Of a stretch of 47,070 nt of DNA, positions 1 to 9,422 are shown in pieces. Below the pieces are notes generated by a model. The model saw only the letters and a list, made by a program, of their open reading frames with translations. It had not been told where the DNA came from and did no database searches. Made by a program: the position numbers and the translations under genes. Positions within the stretch are counted from its first letter, which is position 1; the number at the start of each line of letters is the position of its first letter. The stretch lies in the sequence record DRR723986_9347. One strand, 5' to 3'.

Positions 1-2
1 GA

Positions 3-452
3 GATGAAAAACATCCTTTCGTAATTACGACTGCTAACGGAGAAGTTGAGGTATTAGGAACAGCTTTTAATGTGTCAACTTTGGGAGATAGCACTGCAGT
101 TGCCGTGACACACGGTTTAGTGGCTCTGCGCAATAAAGTAGATGAGATACAAATCGCTAAGGGCGAATCGGCCAGTGCTACAAATACAGAGATATCTGAA
201 AAAACAGAAGTTTCAAAGAACTTCTTAGGATGGAAAACCGGTGTTTTCAAATTTGTGGACGAACGGTTAGATAAGGTGGCGATTGAGCTCAATCAATTCT
301 ACAATAATCGCATTGAAATCAAAGGAAAAGCTAAATCAACCCGCCTCACAGCTTCATTCGAAAACCTTCCTCTTGAAGAGGTAATTGAAATAATAGTTAT
401 AACTTGTAGTGTACAGTCTGAAGTTTTAGAAGACAAGACGATACTCAAGTAA
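3..452 (+). CDS. FecR family anti-sigma/signal transducer (5' partial)
   Basis: Frame is open from position 3: DEKHPFVITTANGEVEVLGTAFNVS (FecR VLGTxFNV motif). C-terminal 'GWKTGVFKF..L.KVA.EL..FY' is the FecR C-terminal domain. Lies directly upstream of a TonB receptor. Confidence 0.9.
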   Translation, partial: DEKHPFVITTANGEVEVLGTAFNVSTLGDSTAVAVTHGLVALRNKVDEIQIAKGESASATNTEISEKTEVSKNFLGWKTGVFKFVDERLDKVAIELNQFYNNRIEIKGKAKSTRLTASFENLPLEEVIEIIVITCSVQSEVLEDKTILK

Positions 453-453
453 A

Positions 454-3039
454 ATGATGAGAGGCTACTTACTCGTTTTATTCCAACTCTGTTTACATTG
501 GTCTATAGGTCAAACACTATTGGACCAAGAAATTTCTATATCCTTCACTAATACGAATTTAACTAAAGCTGTCAGTCAAGTTGAGTTAACTTCTGGTCAA
601 AATTTTTCATTTAATTCTAAACAGCTCAATCAAGTAAATAATACGTATACCAAGCAATTTACGAATGCCAGTTTAAAACAGGTATTAGATTATTTACTTG
701 CTAACACCTCATTACAATACAAAGAAATTGGAGGACAAATTTCGATTTACCCAGTAGTGGCATCAGAGGGAACGATTGTGTTAAGCGGATACGTGCGAGA
801 TAACACTTCAAAAGAAGAACTTATTGGTGCTCGGTTGTACTTTCCTGATTTAGGAATCGGCTGCATTTCAAACACTTATGGATACTTTGCAATTGAAATT
901 CCGAAAGGTCAAACCAGGGTAGTTATTGCCTCAATCGGCATGGAGCGCTATACCGATACCATTGATTTTGACAATGATTTTGTGATGAATTTCAATTTAG
1001 AACAGAATAATTTCGTTCTGAATACAGTTGAGGTGAGAAGAGATACGTTGAAACTAAACGATACGCCGATCAATCTATCCAATTTAGAGAAAACCACGGT
1101 GACAAAGAAAGCTGTCAAAGATATACCTGCTGTGGCTGGTGAGCACGATTTGGTGAAATTTATTCAGCTTTTGCCTGGAGTACAGCCCACAGAAGACGGA
1201 GGAGCTAATTTTTCAGTTAGAGGTTCACCAACTGGAGGCAATTTGATTCTAATAGATGAAATTCCTGTTTATCATCCTACGCACATGTTGGGGGTATATT
1301 CAATTGTTAACGTAGAAGCAGTAAAATCTGCAAGCTTATACAAAGATTTTATTCCCTTAAGATTTGGTGGACGCTCTTCTTCAGTGTTACAAATCCACAC
1401 CAACGAAGGTAATTTAGAAAAAACACATCTCAGTGGCGGCATCAATATCAGTAGTTTACGATTAAATCTTGAAGGGCCAATAGTAAAAAATAGAGCCTCC
1501 TATTACATATCTGGGCGTAAATCCCTCTTACCAAGATTGTCTTATAACTTGCTGAACGAATCCAACTTCATCCTACCAAATTTTCATGACTTAAATGGTA
1601 AAGTGAATGTTCACTTGAATTCGAATAACCGTATCTATTTTACAGGATATTACGGAAGAGACCGACTGAGAGACTCCTCTTATCTCTACAAATGGGGGAA
1701 TTCTGCTGGATCTTTTAGGTGGAATCATATCATCAATAACAAAACTTTCAGCAACTTAACCTATACGCACAGCCAATTTGATTATGGATTTGCCACATCC
1801 AATTTGCTAAAAACGGTGAAGGTAGATAATGATGAAAAGGAGAGTTTTAGCCAATCTGTTGTACAAGATAAATTGAGTTATGATGTCACTAATTTTTTCA
1901 GTAATAGCCTTAAAATAGATTTCGGATTTGACATCACTTCTGTTAGGACAGGCAGAACTCGATTTGTAGACAGTAGCGCGTTTCTCTTTCTTGAACGGAG
2001 TTCTTTCGAAAATGGGTTTTATGTTTCAGCCGAGAAAAAGATCAATAAAAAACTTACCATTTCAGGCGGAATTCGGACGCCATTTTCATTTCATTATGGC
2101 CAGCAAGATACCGTATCTTATTTAAATCCTGACATGACCAGCACAGAAGTGATTTACGAAAAAAACAAACCCTATGATTTGATTTTTAGCCTAGACCCAA
2201 GGGTTTTGATTAATTATAAATTAGGTAAAAAGGATCAATTGAGTTTCGCAGCTGGAATTGTTAGTCAGCACACTCATTTAGTGTCTTATCAAGCCAATTT
2301 TTTACCGGTAAATATTTGGACGACTTCAAATGAGAGATTGAAACCAGAAAGAAATCATTCCGCTTCGTTAGGCTGGGTGCATCAAGAAAAAATCGTGCAA
2401 TTTTCAACCGCTATTTATGGTAAGTATGTTAGCAATGTGCTCGATTTTGCTTTGCCAAATTTTACCACTTCGCTTGAAATTGAAAGTAATTTATTATCGG
2501 GTAGATTGTTTGCCTATGGAGCGGAATTCCAAGTTAATTTTCAACCTGCAAAGTGGTATACGGCCATGTTGTCTTACACTTATGCCAAAACGAACCAAAA
2601 GGTAGAGGGTATCAATAACAACCAATCTTATGTGGCATTAAACGACCGCCCACATTACCTAAATTTCAGTCAGTATTTCAATATTTCAGAAAAATGGAAG
2701 ATTGCAACAAATCTGATTTTGCATTCGGGTAGAGCTGTGACCTTACCAACAGGGCAGTTTTTAGTTGGCGGAACGGCTTTTCCGGTTTTTCCAGAAAAAA
2801 GAAATGCAGAGCGATTGCCTAGGTATGAGCGAATTGATTTTTCGGTCACCAGAAATCTTGGTGTGAAACGTAAAAAATATTGGGGTGATTTGGTGTTGAG
2901 TGTCACAAATATTTTGGGAAAATACAATCCTTCAATCGTTTACGTAGATCAACAATCTATTGGAACATCTCAACTATCAGTAATTAGTAAGGATTATGCG
3001 CCAACAACTATTGTTTTAAGCTTTAACGTTAGATTTTGA
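454..3039 (+). CDS. TonB-dependent receptor with N-terminal STN-like signalling domain, carboxypeptidase-regulatory-like domain and plug
   Basis: Signal peptide; STN-like 'ASLKQVLDYLLANTSLQYKEIGGQI'; 'SGYVRD..SKEELIGA..GCISNTYGYF'; plug 'GEHDLVKFIQLLPGV...FSVRG...NLILIDEIPVY...FGGRSSSVL'; terminal Phe (NVRF). Confidence 0.92.
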   Translation: MMRGYLLVLFQLCLHWSIGQTLLDQEISISFTNTNLTKAVSQVELTSGQNFSFNSKQLNQVNNTYTKQFTNASLKQVLDYLLANTSLQYKEIGGQISIYPVVASEGTIVLSGYVRDNTSKEELIGARLYFPDLGIGCISNTYGYFAIEIPKGQTRVVIASIGMERYTDTIDFDNDFVMNFNLEQNNFVLNTVEVRRDTLKLNDTPINLSNLEKTTVTKKAVKDIPAVAGEHDLVKFIQLLPGVQPTEDGGANFSVRGSPTGGNLILIDEIPVYHPTHMLGVYSIVNVEAVKSASLYKDFIPLRFGGRSSSVLQIHTNEGNLEKTHLSGGINISSLRLNLEGPIVKNRASYYISGRKSLLPRLSYNLLNESNFILPNFHDLNGKVNVHLNSNNRIYFTGYYGRDRLRDSSYLYKWGNSAGSFRWNHIINNKTFSNLTYTHSQFDYGFATSNLLKTVKVDNDEKESFSQSVVQDKLSYDVTNFFSNSLKIDFGFDITSVRTGRTRFVDSSAFLFLERSSFENGFYVSAEKKINKKLTISGGIRTPFSFHYGQQDTVSYLNPDMTSTEVIYEKNKPYDLIFSLDPRVLINYKLGKKDQLSFAAGIVSQHTHLVSYQANFLPVNIWTTSNERLKPERNHSASLGWVHQEKIVQFSTAIYGKYVSNVLDFALPNFTTSLEIESNLLSGRLFAYGAEFQVNFQPAKWYTAMLSYTYAKTNQKVEGINNNQSYVALNDRPHYLNFSQYFNISEKWKIATNLILHSGRAVTLPTGQFLVGGTAFPVFPEKRNAERLPRYERIDFSVTRNLGVKRKKYWGDLVLSVTNILGKYNPSIVYVDQQSIGTSQLSVISKDYAPTTIVLSFNVRF

Positions 3040-3848
3040 AACGAACAATTAACATAGCATTATTGGCGCTCCTATTGCTGAGTTGTGACCCTGAGAAACC
3101 GGTTCCTGTTTCTGATTTTGATGAGAAGCAATTGGTGGTAGAAGGCTTTTTTACGGATGATACCATTCAGCAAGAACTCAATGTAAGTTTGGTCAATAAC
3201 ATTGGAGATTCCACCTTGGTTCCAGTTGAGAATTTTAATTTAAAGTTAAGCACAATTTCACAGCAATATCCCTTTGATTTAATAGGTGGGACAAAGGCGG
3301 TTTCACAAACTGCTTTTGCGGGGCAAGAATATGGTATTTATGAATTGCAGTTTTGTTACGAAGGGGTTTGTTATAAGAAGGATTTAGAAATGCCTGTAAA
3401 ACCTATCATTAACTCATTTGAAGTTACTGCAACTCAATTCGATTCAACAAATGTTGGGAATCAAGAAAACTTAGATGTGAATCTGACTGTTGCAAAATCA
3501 CAATACGTGCGTTATGAATTATTCCGGATGAATACAGCTGGTTTAGATACAGCCTGGGAGTTGATGCAGCAACCTTTTTATTGGGTCACTGAGGTTGTGC
3601 AAGGTTCTTACGATTACAGATTAAATGAGCGACATCTAGAGCATCATAAATTCACAGATTTGGAGGGGGTGATGATTAAGGTCTATTCGCTATCAGATGA
3701 AACGGGCGAATATTTGCAGAGATTACAAAGTTTTGTGCAGGCTGAATTTACTGGGAGTCAGTATCAAAATCCGCCTTACTTTTATCCTGGTAATGTACAT
3801 GGAATTGTTTACGGCACAAGTGTTGACTCGGCGATCTTTTATTTTTAA
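3036..3848 (+). CDS. DUF4249-like lipoprotein, partner of the TonB receptor
   Basis: Lipobox LLSC; 'QLVVEGFFTD' near the N-terminus and 'NPP...NVHG' near the C-terminus; start overlaps the receptor stop. Confidence 0.75.
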   Translation: MKRTINIALLALLLLSCDPEKPVPVSDFDEKQLVVEGFFTDDTIQQELNVSLVNNIGDSTLVPVENFNLKLSTISQQYPFDLIGGTKAVSQTAFAGQEYGIYELQFCYEGVCYKKDLEMPVKPIINSFEVTATQFDSTNVGNQENLDVNLTVAKSQYVRYELFRMNTAGLDTAWELMQQPFYWVTEVVQGSYDYRLNERHLEHHKFTDLEGVMIKVYSLSDETGEYLQRLQSFVQAEFTGSQYQNPPYFYPGNVHGIVYGTSVDSAIFYF

Positions 3849-4576
3849 AGATCAGGTTTAGCTGGCCAGTGTAATCCCATTTTAAATCCAGCTATAGGCA
3901 TGGCGTATCCAAATGTATGCCCATCTTCTAAGGTCCATTCAAACAAATTCCAGTTAGTTTGTGGAACCCCACCTTCAGGGAAATCTTGTTTAGCAAAAAC
4001 AAAATTGTACCTAAAGCTAATACCGACATAGCAATCAATAGCTAGTTTTTTGGAGACTATTTTTTGAAAACCATATTTCGTATTGAAGTGTGTTGAAAAG
4101 CGATTGTATGTTACTTGTTCATTAATGAAATAAGCAAAATTGCCAAAACCGTCTCCTTCCATGCCTATAGGTGTTTCATCTCCAATAACTAAATGTCTAA
4201 ATGAAAGCTCGGTAGCTGCGTATCGTGATTCTTTTTTAAAACCAAAAAATCTGCTTTCAAATCGCAGACGATAACCATTCATAAAATCATATTGAAACTG
4301 ATCTCCACCCACAATGAACTGCATAAAATTTGGGATAAAGGCAGCACCGTATTGGAAACTTACGGTAGGACTCATCTTTGTTTCCAAATCAACCCCAATG
4401 GTAGATACTGCTGACAGCACATCAAAGGGACTAAACTTTAAATTCTTCTCCATGCGCCAAAAAGGCACGGTCTCTTGAAAAACATTATAGCTCAGTGAAT
4501 CTTCTTGTAAAGAAGAATCCTCTTGCGCAAAACTTGTGCAAGAGGATACTAATAATATGAATACAATGCGTTTCAA
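3845..4576 (-). CDS. Secreted outer-membrane beta-barrel protein (DUF3575-like)
   Basis: Signal peptide ending FA|Q; amphipathic strands 'YRLRFESRFF', 'KYGFQK', 'IDCYVGISFRY', 'GFKMGLHW'. Confidence 0.6.
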   Translation of the reverse strand: MKRIVFILLVSSCTSFAQEDSSLQEDSLSYNVFQETVPFWRMEKNLKFSPFDVLSAVSTIGVDLETKMSPTVSFQYGAAFIPNFMQFIVGGDQFQYDFMNGYRLRFESRFFGFKKESRYAATELSFRHLVIGDETPIGMEGDGFGNFAYFINEQVTYNRFSTHFNTKYGFQKIVSKKLAIDCYVGISFRYNFVFAKQDFPEGGVPQTNWNLFEWTLEDGHTFGYAMPIAGFKMGLHWPAKPDL

Positions 4577-4577
4577 A

Positions 4578-5384
4578 TTACTGAACCGGAATCATTGATT
4601 TTTCTATTAATTGTGTAGGATTGCTCGCGTCAAATTGGTAAATACCCGTTCTTGCTAAAACAATCATGTTGTTATCATCAGTAGAGATAATATCTACCGC
4701 TTCAAAATCTGACACATGCATAATTAAATCTGCAGTTCCAGTTGTCGAAACATTTGAGATGTCATAAGCTTTTAAACCAGAGTAACCGTCACATACATAA
4801 AGGATATCTGCATCAACAGCAGATAAGCCCAGGCCGTATGGATTAGTTAATTCAGCTTCTGCAATTAAGCTTGGGTTGTAGATATCTGAGATATCGATAA
4901 TGTCCAATAAACTCAAATTTCCACCACACTCTGTACCACCTCTTAAAGTTGCAAAGGCATATTGATCGTTTGCAACTACGGGGTCACAAGAAGTGACGTG
5001 TTCAAATTCTGACACTTCCATTGGTGATCTTGGATTCGATACATCATAAATATGTACACCATCATTAGCACCAATAAATAAATTACCATTTTGGTGGAAT
5101 ACTGTTTCCATGCCAACACCCATGTCAATGGATTCTGTCAAAGCCGGATGATCAGCATCTGCTAAATCAAAAATGTTTAAGGTTTTATAGTCTATGGTGT
5201 ATAAATACCCATCTATGACTGTAAACTGAGCCATTGACCCACCCAGACCTGAACCTGAAATGGCATTTTTGGTTTGGCTTGTCGATTCAACTGGTGTATC
5301 TACAACTTCTAATTCTTCTTTTTCACATGCTACAAGCGCCCCGATTACGAATGCTCCTGTAAGTACTAATCTTATCTTTTTCAT
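4578..5384 (-). CDS. LVIVD-repeat lipoprotein (resembles C-terminal half of LVIVD beta-propeller proteins)
   Basis: ATG at 5384 overlaps the upstream TAA (TAATG). Lipobox LVAC; 'GGSMAQFTVIDGYLYTID', 'HVTSCDPVV', 'LDIIDISDIYNP', 'GLKAYDIS'. Confidence 0.85.
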   Translation of the reverse strand: MKKIRLVLTGAFVIGALVACEKEELEVVDTPVESTSQTKNAISGSGLGGSMAQFTVIDGYLYTIDYKTLNIFDLADADHPALTESIDMGVGMETVFHQNGNLFIGANDGVHIYDVSNPRSPMEVSEFEHVTSCDPVVANDQYAFATLRGGTECGGNLSLLDIIDISDIYNPSLIAEAELTNPYGLGLSAVDADILYVCDGYSGLKAYDISNVSTTGTADLIMHVSDFEAVDIISTDDNNMIVLARTGIYQFDASNPTQLIEKSMIPVQ

Positions 5385-5905
5385 TATCTGAAACATTTAG
5401 GGTTTTGTAACTTCGTTTTTTCCCATCCAATCACTGATCCTTTAGATGGATCAACACATTCAAAAGGCCCAAATTCATCTGGGAATTGCTGCACAGGGAA
5501 CACATTCTCTATGCGATTGGTATACTCGGGTTGAGCTGGATTTGCAATATCAATGATGACCATATCGGTTACATTGTCCGCATAAATTTTATCCGCATTC
5601 ACCGAGAAATCCATGTTTCCTGGAATAGAGATAAACGATACTTCGTAAGGACTGTTTGGATTTACATTGTTGTAAATATGAATTCCTTTCCCTTGATCGT
5701 TGACCATTAAGAACTCTTCGTAAACATAAATTCTACCTGGGTTCTGTAAAGGTTCTGATGTTTTGGTTTCAATGGTTGAAGTGCCAGAGTCATCTGAATA
5801 AACGGGCTTCCACCCATCCACAAACTCATCATCTTGCTTTTTACCGCAAGAAACCACTAAACCTACTGAACATACCAGTAGAAAAGCGACTTTTATTTTT
5901 TTCAT
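5384..5905 (-). CDS. LVIVD-repeat lipoprotein (resembles N-terminal half)
   Basis: Lipobox VVSC; 'NPGRIYVY..GIHIYNN.NP..P..FISIPGNMDFSV..IYADN..DMVIIDIANP'. Confidence 0.85.
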   Translation of the reverse strand: MKKIKVAFLLVCSVGLVVSCGKKQDDEFVDGWKPVYSDDSGTSTIETKTSEPLQNPGRIYVYEEFLMVNDQGKGIHIYNNVNPNSPYEVSFISIPGNMDFSVNADKIYADNVTDMVIIDIANPAQPEYTNRIENVFPVQQFPDEFGPFECVDPSKGSVIGWEKTKLQNPKCFR

Positions 5906-6009
5906 AATTGATATCGTTTTATTGAATTTTAGCTATCCTAATTCTTTGGGATAGAAAAGTTAACGAAAAATTTTCGGTGAACGTATGTAGTTTTGAAAAT
6001 TTAACAGAA

Positions 6010-7248
6010 TCAATCCCAAAACATTTCAAGTGACTGGGGTTGGCTAAACAGGTTGTTTTCAAAACTGCATTGAAACAATTCTAGTTTATAATAATCTTTT
6101 AGTAGTAGTTCTTTTACGCTGTCATTGTCAAGGTCGGTAAGAAAATAAAAGACAATACCGCCTCCAAGATCTATCGTTTGATTTTTTCGAAAACTGCCAT
6201 TGTTGTTGTAACAAATCACCAACCCGTAATGCGCATTGATAAGTAGGTCAGGTTGTCCGTCATTATTGACATCTGCTATACTTAAGCCTTCAGGGTCACA
6301 GCCATCTAAACCTAAAGAATGAAATTCTGGAGCATCTTTAGTATTGAATAGAATAAAGGGTTGTTCGCCATTCAGAATCAAATCAGGATTTCCATCTTTA
6401 TTCATGTCTTGGTTGCGAATCTCCTTGACATAAGCTAATGAATCTGCTTGGTAAATGATTTGCTTATTCGTGATTTGATAATTCATTACTTGATATACAA
6501 CTAAACTAGAATCAGTAAGCTCAAGCAAATCTTTATGCTCTTGAGAGGACCAATTAATGAAATGATATTGATTGTCAGTTGTTAATTGCTGGTCTTGCAG
6601 GATAAAATCAGTCTTTTTGGCTTTCTTAGATGTTGGACAAAATAGATAAGACTCGTTCGTCTCAGTGTTAATGAGCACATGTTGACCAAGCCCTCCATCT
6701 TCGTTCTGTGCCGCTATGAAAAGGTCCTCAAACAATTTTGATTTAAACAGTTGATTTTGCTGTTCTGTTTTTCTTGAAAAATAGCGGTCTCCACGTTCAT
6801 AGTAAATGGAATAATCATCTGACAACCAGCAATATTTATCAGACCTATTTGCTTTACGAAAATTCGAAAACCTATGAATGTCTGAATCCTTTAGGATTTC
6901 TTTCGCAGCAATCATATTAGTTTGCCAAGCTTCATTATGATCAGACTGATCTGTAAAGTTTTGCTTAAGAATCAAACTGTCATTAAGCTCAAGCCAATTC
7001 TCCAATTCAATATACACGTAGCTTGAACCTTTTGCCTCAGAATTGAAGTGGCTAAAAAGGTAGATCATTTCTGGACCTATAGCTAACAATTGATGGGGCT
7101 CTTTTTGGTCCAACTTGTATATTTTGAAACCATCAACATTCCAATTTTGACTTTGATAAAGGTCTAATTTGTAATCACCTTGTGATTCTTGTGACCAGCT
7201 TGCAAAACTGGTCAAACCAACCAAAATAAGGAGACAGAAAGGCTTCAT
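6010..7248 (-). CDS. Secreted protein with C-terminal FG-GAP/VCBS-like Ca-binding repeats
   Basis: Likely start ATG 7248 (ATGA overlap with upstream stop; signal MKPFCLLILVGLTSFASWS|Q). DxDxDG loops DMNKDGNPDL, DVNNDGQPDL, DLDNDSVKEL. Confidence 0.8.
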   Translation of the reverse strand: MKPFCLLILVGLTSFASWSQESQGDYKLDLYQSQNWNVDGFKIYKLDQKEPHQLLAIGPEMIYLFSHFNSEAKGSSYVYIELENWLELNDSLILKQNFTDQSDHNEAWQTNMIAAKEILKDSDIHRFSNFRKANRSDKYCWLSDDYSIYYERGDRYFSRKTEQQNQLFKSKLFEDLFIAAQNEDGGLGQHVLINTETNESYLFCPTSKKAKKTDFILQDQQLTTDNQYHFINWSSQEHKDLLELTDSSLVVYQVMNYQITNKQIIYQADSLAYVKEIRNQDMNKDGNPDLILNGEQPFILFNTKDAPEFHSLGLDGCDPEGLSIADVNNDGQPDLLINAHYGLVICYNNNGSFRKNQTIDLGGGIVFYFLTDLDNDSVKELLLKDYYKLELFQCSFENNLFSQPQSLEMFWD

Positions 7249-8561
7249 ATCTCTGTGTTTTTCAATCGAATTTTCCACCACTTTTCTCTTAGATAAGATA
7301 AACCAAAAGCTGCAAAAAACGGAACTATGGAGAAGTTGACAAGCAACATATATGACCAATCATTCAGATAACATAACAAAGCACAGAATAGCATTAGAAT
7401 AATTCCGCTGACAATGCCAAAAATCGTGTTTTTTCTACTGAATTCATACCATCTTTTTTCTTGATCAAAGTTCCATTCTTCTGAAGTCATAAAGGTTTTT
7501 ATGAACGAATGACTCAGACGTTGACCATGCATTATTGGCCGTATTTTGAAGGATGATGGTTCCATAAATTTTGCTGTCCAATCATCTTCATCTGGTTCTT
7601 TAAACAATTCTGCAGGTAATTTCATGAATTGTTGCTCTAGTTGCTTAGCTTTCTTAAAAGCTGATATAGCGGCATCCAATTTTTGCTTCTTGTTAGGTTT
7701 TTCTATTCCTAAATAAGCCGAGTAAAAAGCTTTTAGATCAGCTGGGGTAGATTTTATATCTAAAGAATTCAAACAAAACCGCCATAACGAGTGCCCATAA
7801 AAATAAATGGCCGCATGTAAAACTGTTGGATCTGAAGGAGCAAGAGTGACCAGTCTATCCACTACAAGGGCTGCCTTGTGCATATCTTTAACTGTAAGCC
7901 AATGGTTGTTAATCGTGTTATGTAAAGTATCTAACATCCCTTTAACATCACCGCTCAACTCTTTCAACTCATTTTTGTCTAGGCCTGAAAGGTCATTGAG
8001 TTGTTTTATTTCTTTTTCTGATAAAGACGAAGCGGTTTCTTCTGGATGATCTCTTAAAAAAACAAGTGCATTGATAAAAGGGCCAGTAACATTGTCGTCC
8101 AAAAGTTCTGAATCACTATTATTAATACTTAAACCAAGTTCTACCATAACATCTGTGTATTCGGCAGATGCTGGATTGAATAGATTGAGGTACCTTTTTT
8201 TTAAATCATTGCTTGGTGTCCAAGTATTGTAATACGAATAAACGTAGGTTTTTAAAAACTCTTCATTATATGGGTCAAGTTGAATGGCTTGCATCAACTC
8301 ATTTACTATTTTTTCAGCATAAACATTGGGTAGCCTGGCTTTTAAACCATCATTTTGTTTGAGTAATTCAAAAGCAATAAAATGGCTTTTTGCTGCCTGC
8401 CGACTTTTTTTCCAGATTTCTTTTGAGAATCCTAGATCCAATGCCAGCTCTTTTAACAGTTCCTTGCGTTTTTTAGGCGGAACAAATTCAGAATGAAAGT
8501 CCTTTTTCGCTTTGAATTTTAAAAGGCCTTCAAGGTATTTTTGAGCAATTTCTTCTTTCAA
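7245..8561 (-). CDS. Hypothetical helical/TPR-like protein with two C-terminal transmembrane helices
   Basis: 438-aa ORF; TPR-like turns AIQLDPYN and LVTLAPSD; hydrophobic segments IFGIVSGIILMLFCALLCYL and YMLLVNFSIVPFFAAFGLSYL. Confidence 0.75.
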   Translation of the reverse strand: MKEEIAQKYLEGLLKFKAKKDFHSEFVPPKKRKELLKELALDLGFSKEIWKKSRQAAKSHFIAFELLKQNDGLKARLPNVYAEKIVNELMQAIQLDPYNEEFLKTYVYSYYNTWTPSNDLKKRYLNLFNPASAEYTDVMVELGLSINNSDSELLDDNVTGPFINALVFLRDHPEETASSLSEKEIKQLNDLSGLDKNELKELSGDVKGMLDTLHNTINNHWLTVKDMHKAALVVDRLVTLAPSDPTVLHAAIYFYGHSLWRFCLNSLDIKSTPADLKAFYSAYLGIEKPNKKQKLDAAISAFKKAKQLEQQFMKLPAELFKEPDEDDWTAKFMEPSSFKIRPIMHGQRLSHSFIKTFMTSEEWNFDQEKRWYEFSRKNTIFGIVSGIILMLFCALLCYLNDWSYMLLVNFSIVPFFAAFGLSYLREKWWKIRLKNTEI

Positions 8562-8564
8562 AAC

Positions 8565-9392
8565 TTAGTGCTGAACGATAAAATCTTTGACAAAGGTTTT
8601 ATTCACAAAAACATGGTATTCTCCATTGGCGTACATGCTCGTGTTGACCTTCATTATTTCGCCGTTAATTTTGACTACTTCTACAAGTTTTCCGAAATTA
8701 TCATAGATGTAGATTTGATGTTCAGACTGCACATCAAAAATTCCGGGAAGTTCAATGGTCAACTCGTCTGATGTAGGGTTTGGAAAAATGGCGAATTTAG
8801 TGACTTTCTGTTCTTGTAGATTATTTGAATTTGCTGGGTGCTCTACTATGAAATAAATGGTATTCGAAACATCAATATCATTCCATTGTCCTGCAACGCC
8901 TAAAGGCCAATCAGTAAAGGCTATAGCTAATGCGTCTTGCCCGTTAAAATCGTCAGGTTCATTTCCCCAGTTACTATATAGACCACCAACTGATGAACCA
9001 GAACTTGTTCCTTGCCAGAACTGAACAGAAGCGCCAGTATTGTCTCCATCCCACAGCCATTCTCCTTCAGTAGCCATGTCGTTTCCACCAATCCATAGGT
9101 AAGAAGCGCCTCCACCATCAGGAGCTGAAGTATTGGAAGCTGTAATAGATGCCGTATTTATTGCACTAAAAATCGTGTCTTGTTCTGCCTGATCATTAAT
9201 TTCAATTAATTGTCCTCCGCGCTCTAGTGCACAAGCCGCAGCATCAGTCCAGGTTTTAGTTTCCTTTATGATTTCGTAAACTTTGCCGTCATAGTTGAAA
9301 ACAACAACGTTCGCTGCTGAATCTGCCACGCATTGAGCATATCCTGCAGATAGTGAACAAAATAAAAGGCAAGTAATCCATAATTTTTTCAT
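8565..9392 (-). CDS. C-type lectin domain protein with T9SS type A sorting domain
   Basis: 'TWTDAAAC..GGQLIEI..EQ', 'LWIGGND..EGEWLW', 'YSNW..EPD', 'WND'; CTD 'IFPNPT...IYDNFGKLV...GEYHV...FIVQH'. Confidence 0.9.
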   Translation of the reverse strand: MKKLWITCLLFCSLSAGYAQCVADSAANVVVFNYDGKVYEIIKETKTWTDAAACALERGGQLIEINDQAEQDTIFSAINTASITASNTSAPDGGGASYLWIGGNDMATEGEWLWDGDNTGASVQFWQGTSSGSSVGGLYSNWGNEPDDFNGQDALAIAFTDWPLGVAGQWNDIDVSNTIYFIVEHPANSNNLQEQKVTKFAIFPNPTSDELTIELPGIFDVQSEHQIYIYDNFGKLVEVVKINGEIMKVNTSMYANGEYHVFVNKTFVKDFIVQH

Positions 9393-9422
9393 GACGAAAA
9401 GATACGGATTTCTGATTAAAGT

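Noticed and set aside
7249..7359. N-terminal extensions in the ORF track (also 5385-5396, 12486-12539, 17858-17881, 21345-21422, 25063-25122, 29172-29228)
   Set aside because: Downstream ATGs give proper signal peptides or stop/start coupling, and the extensions overlap promoters or neighbouring genes.
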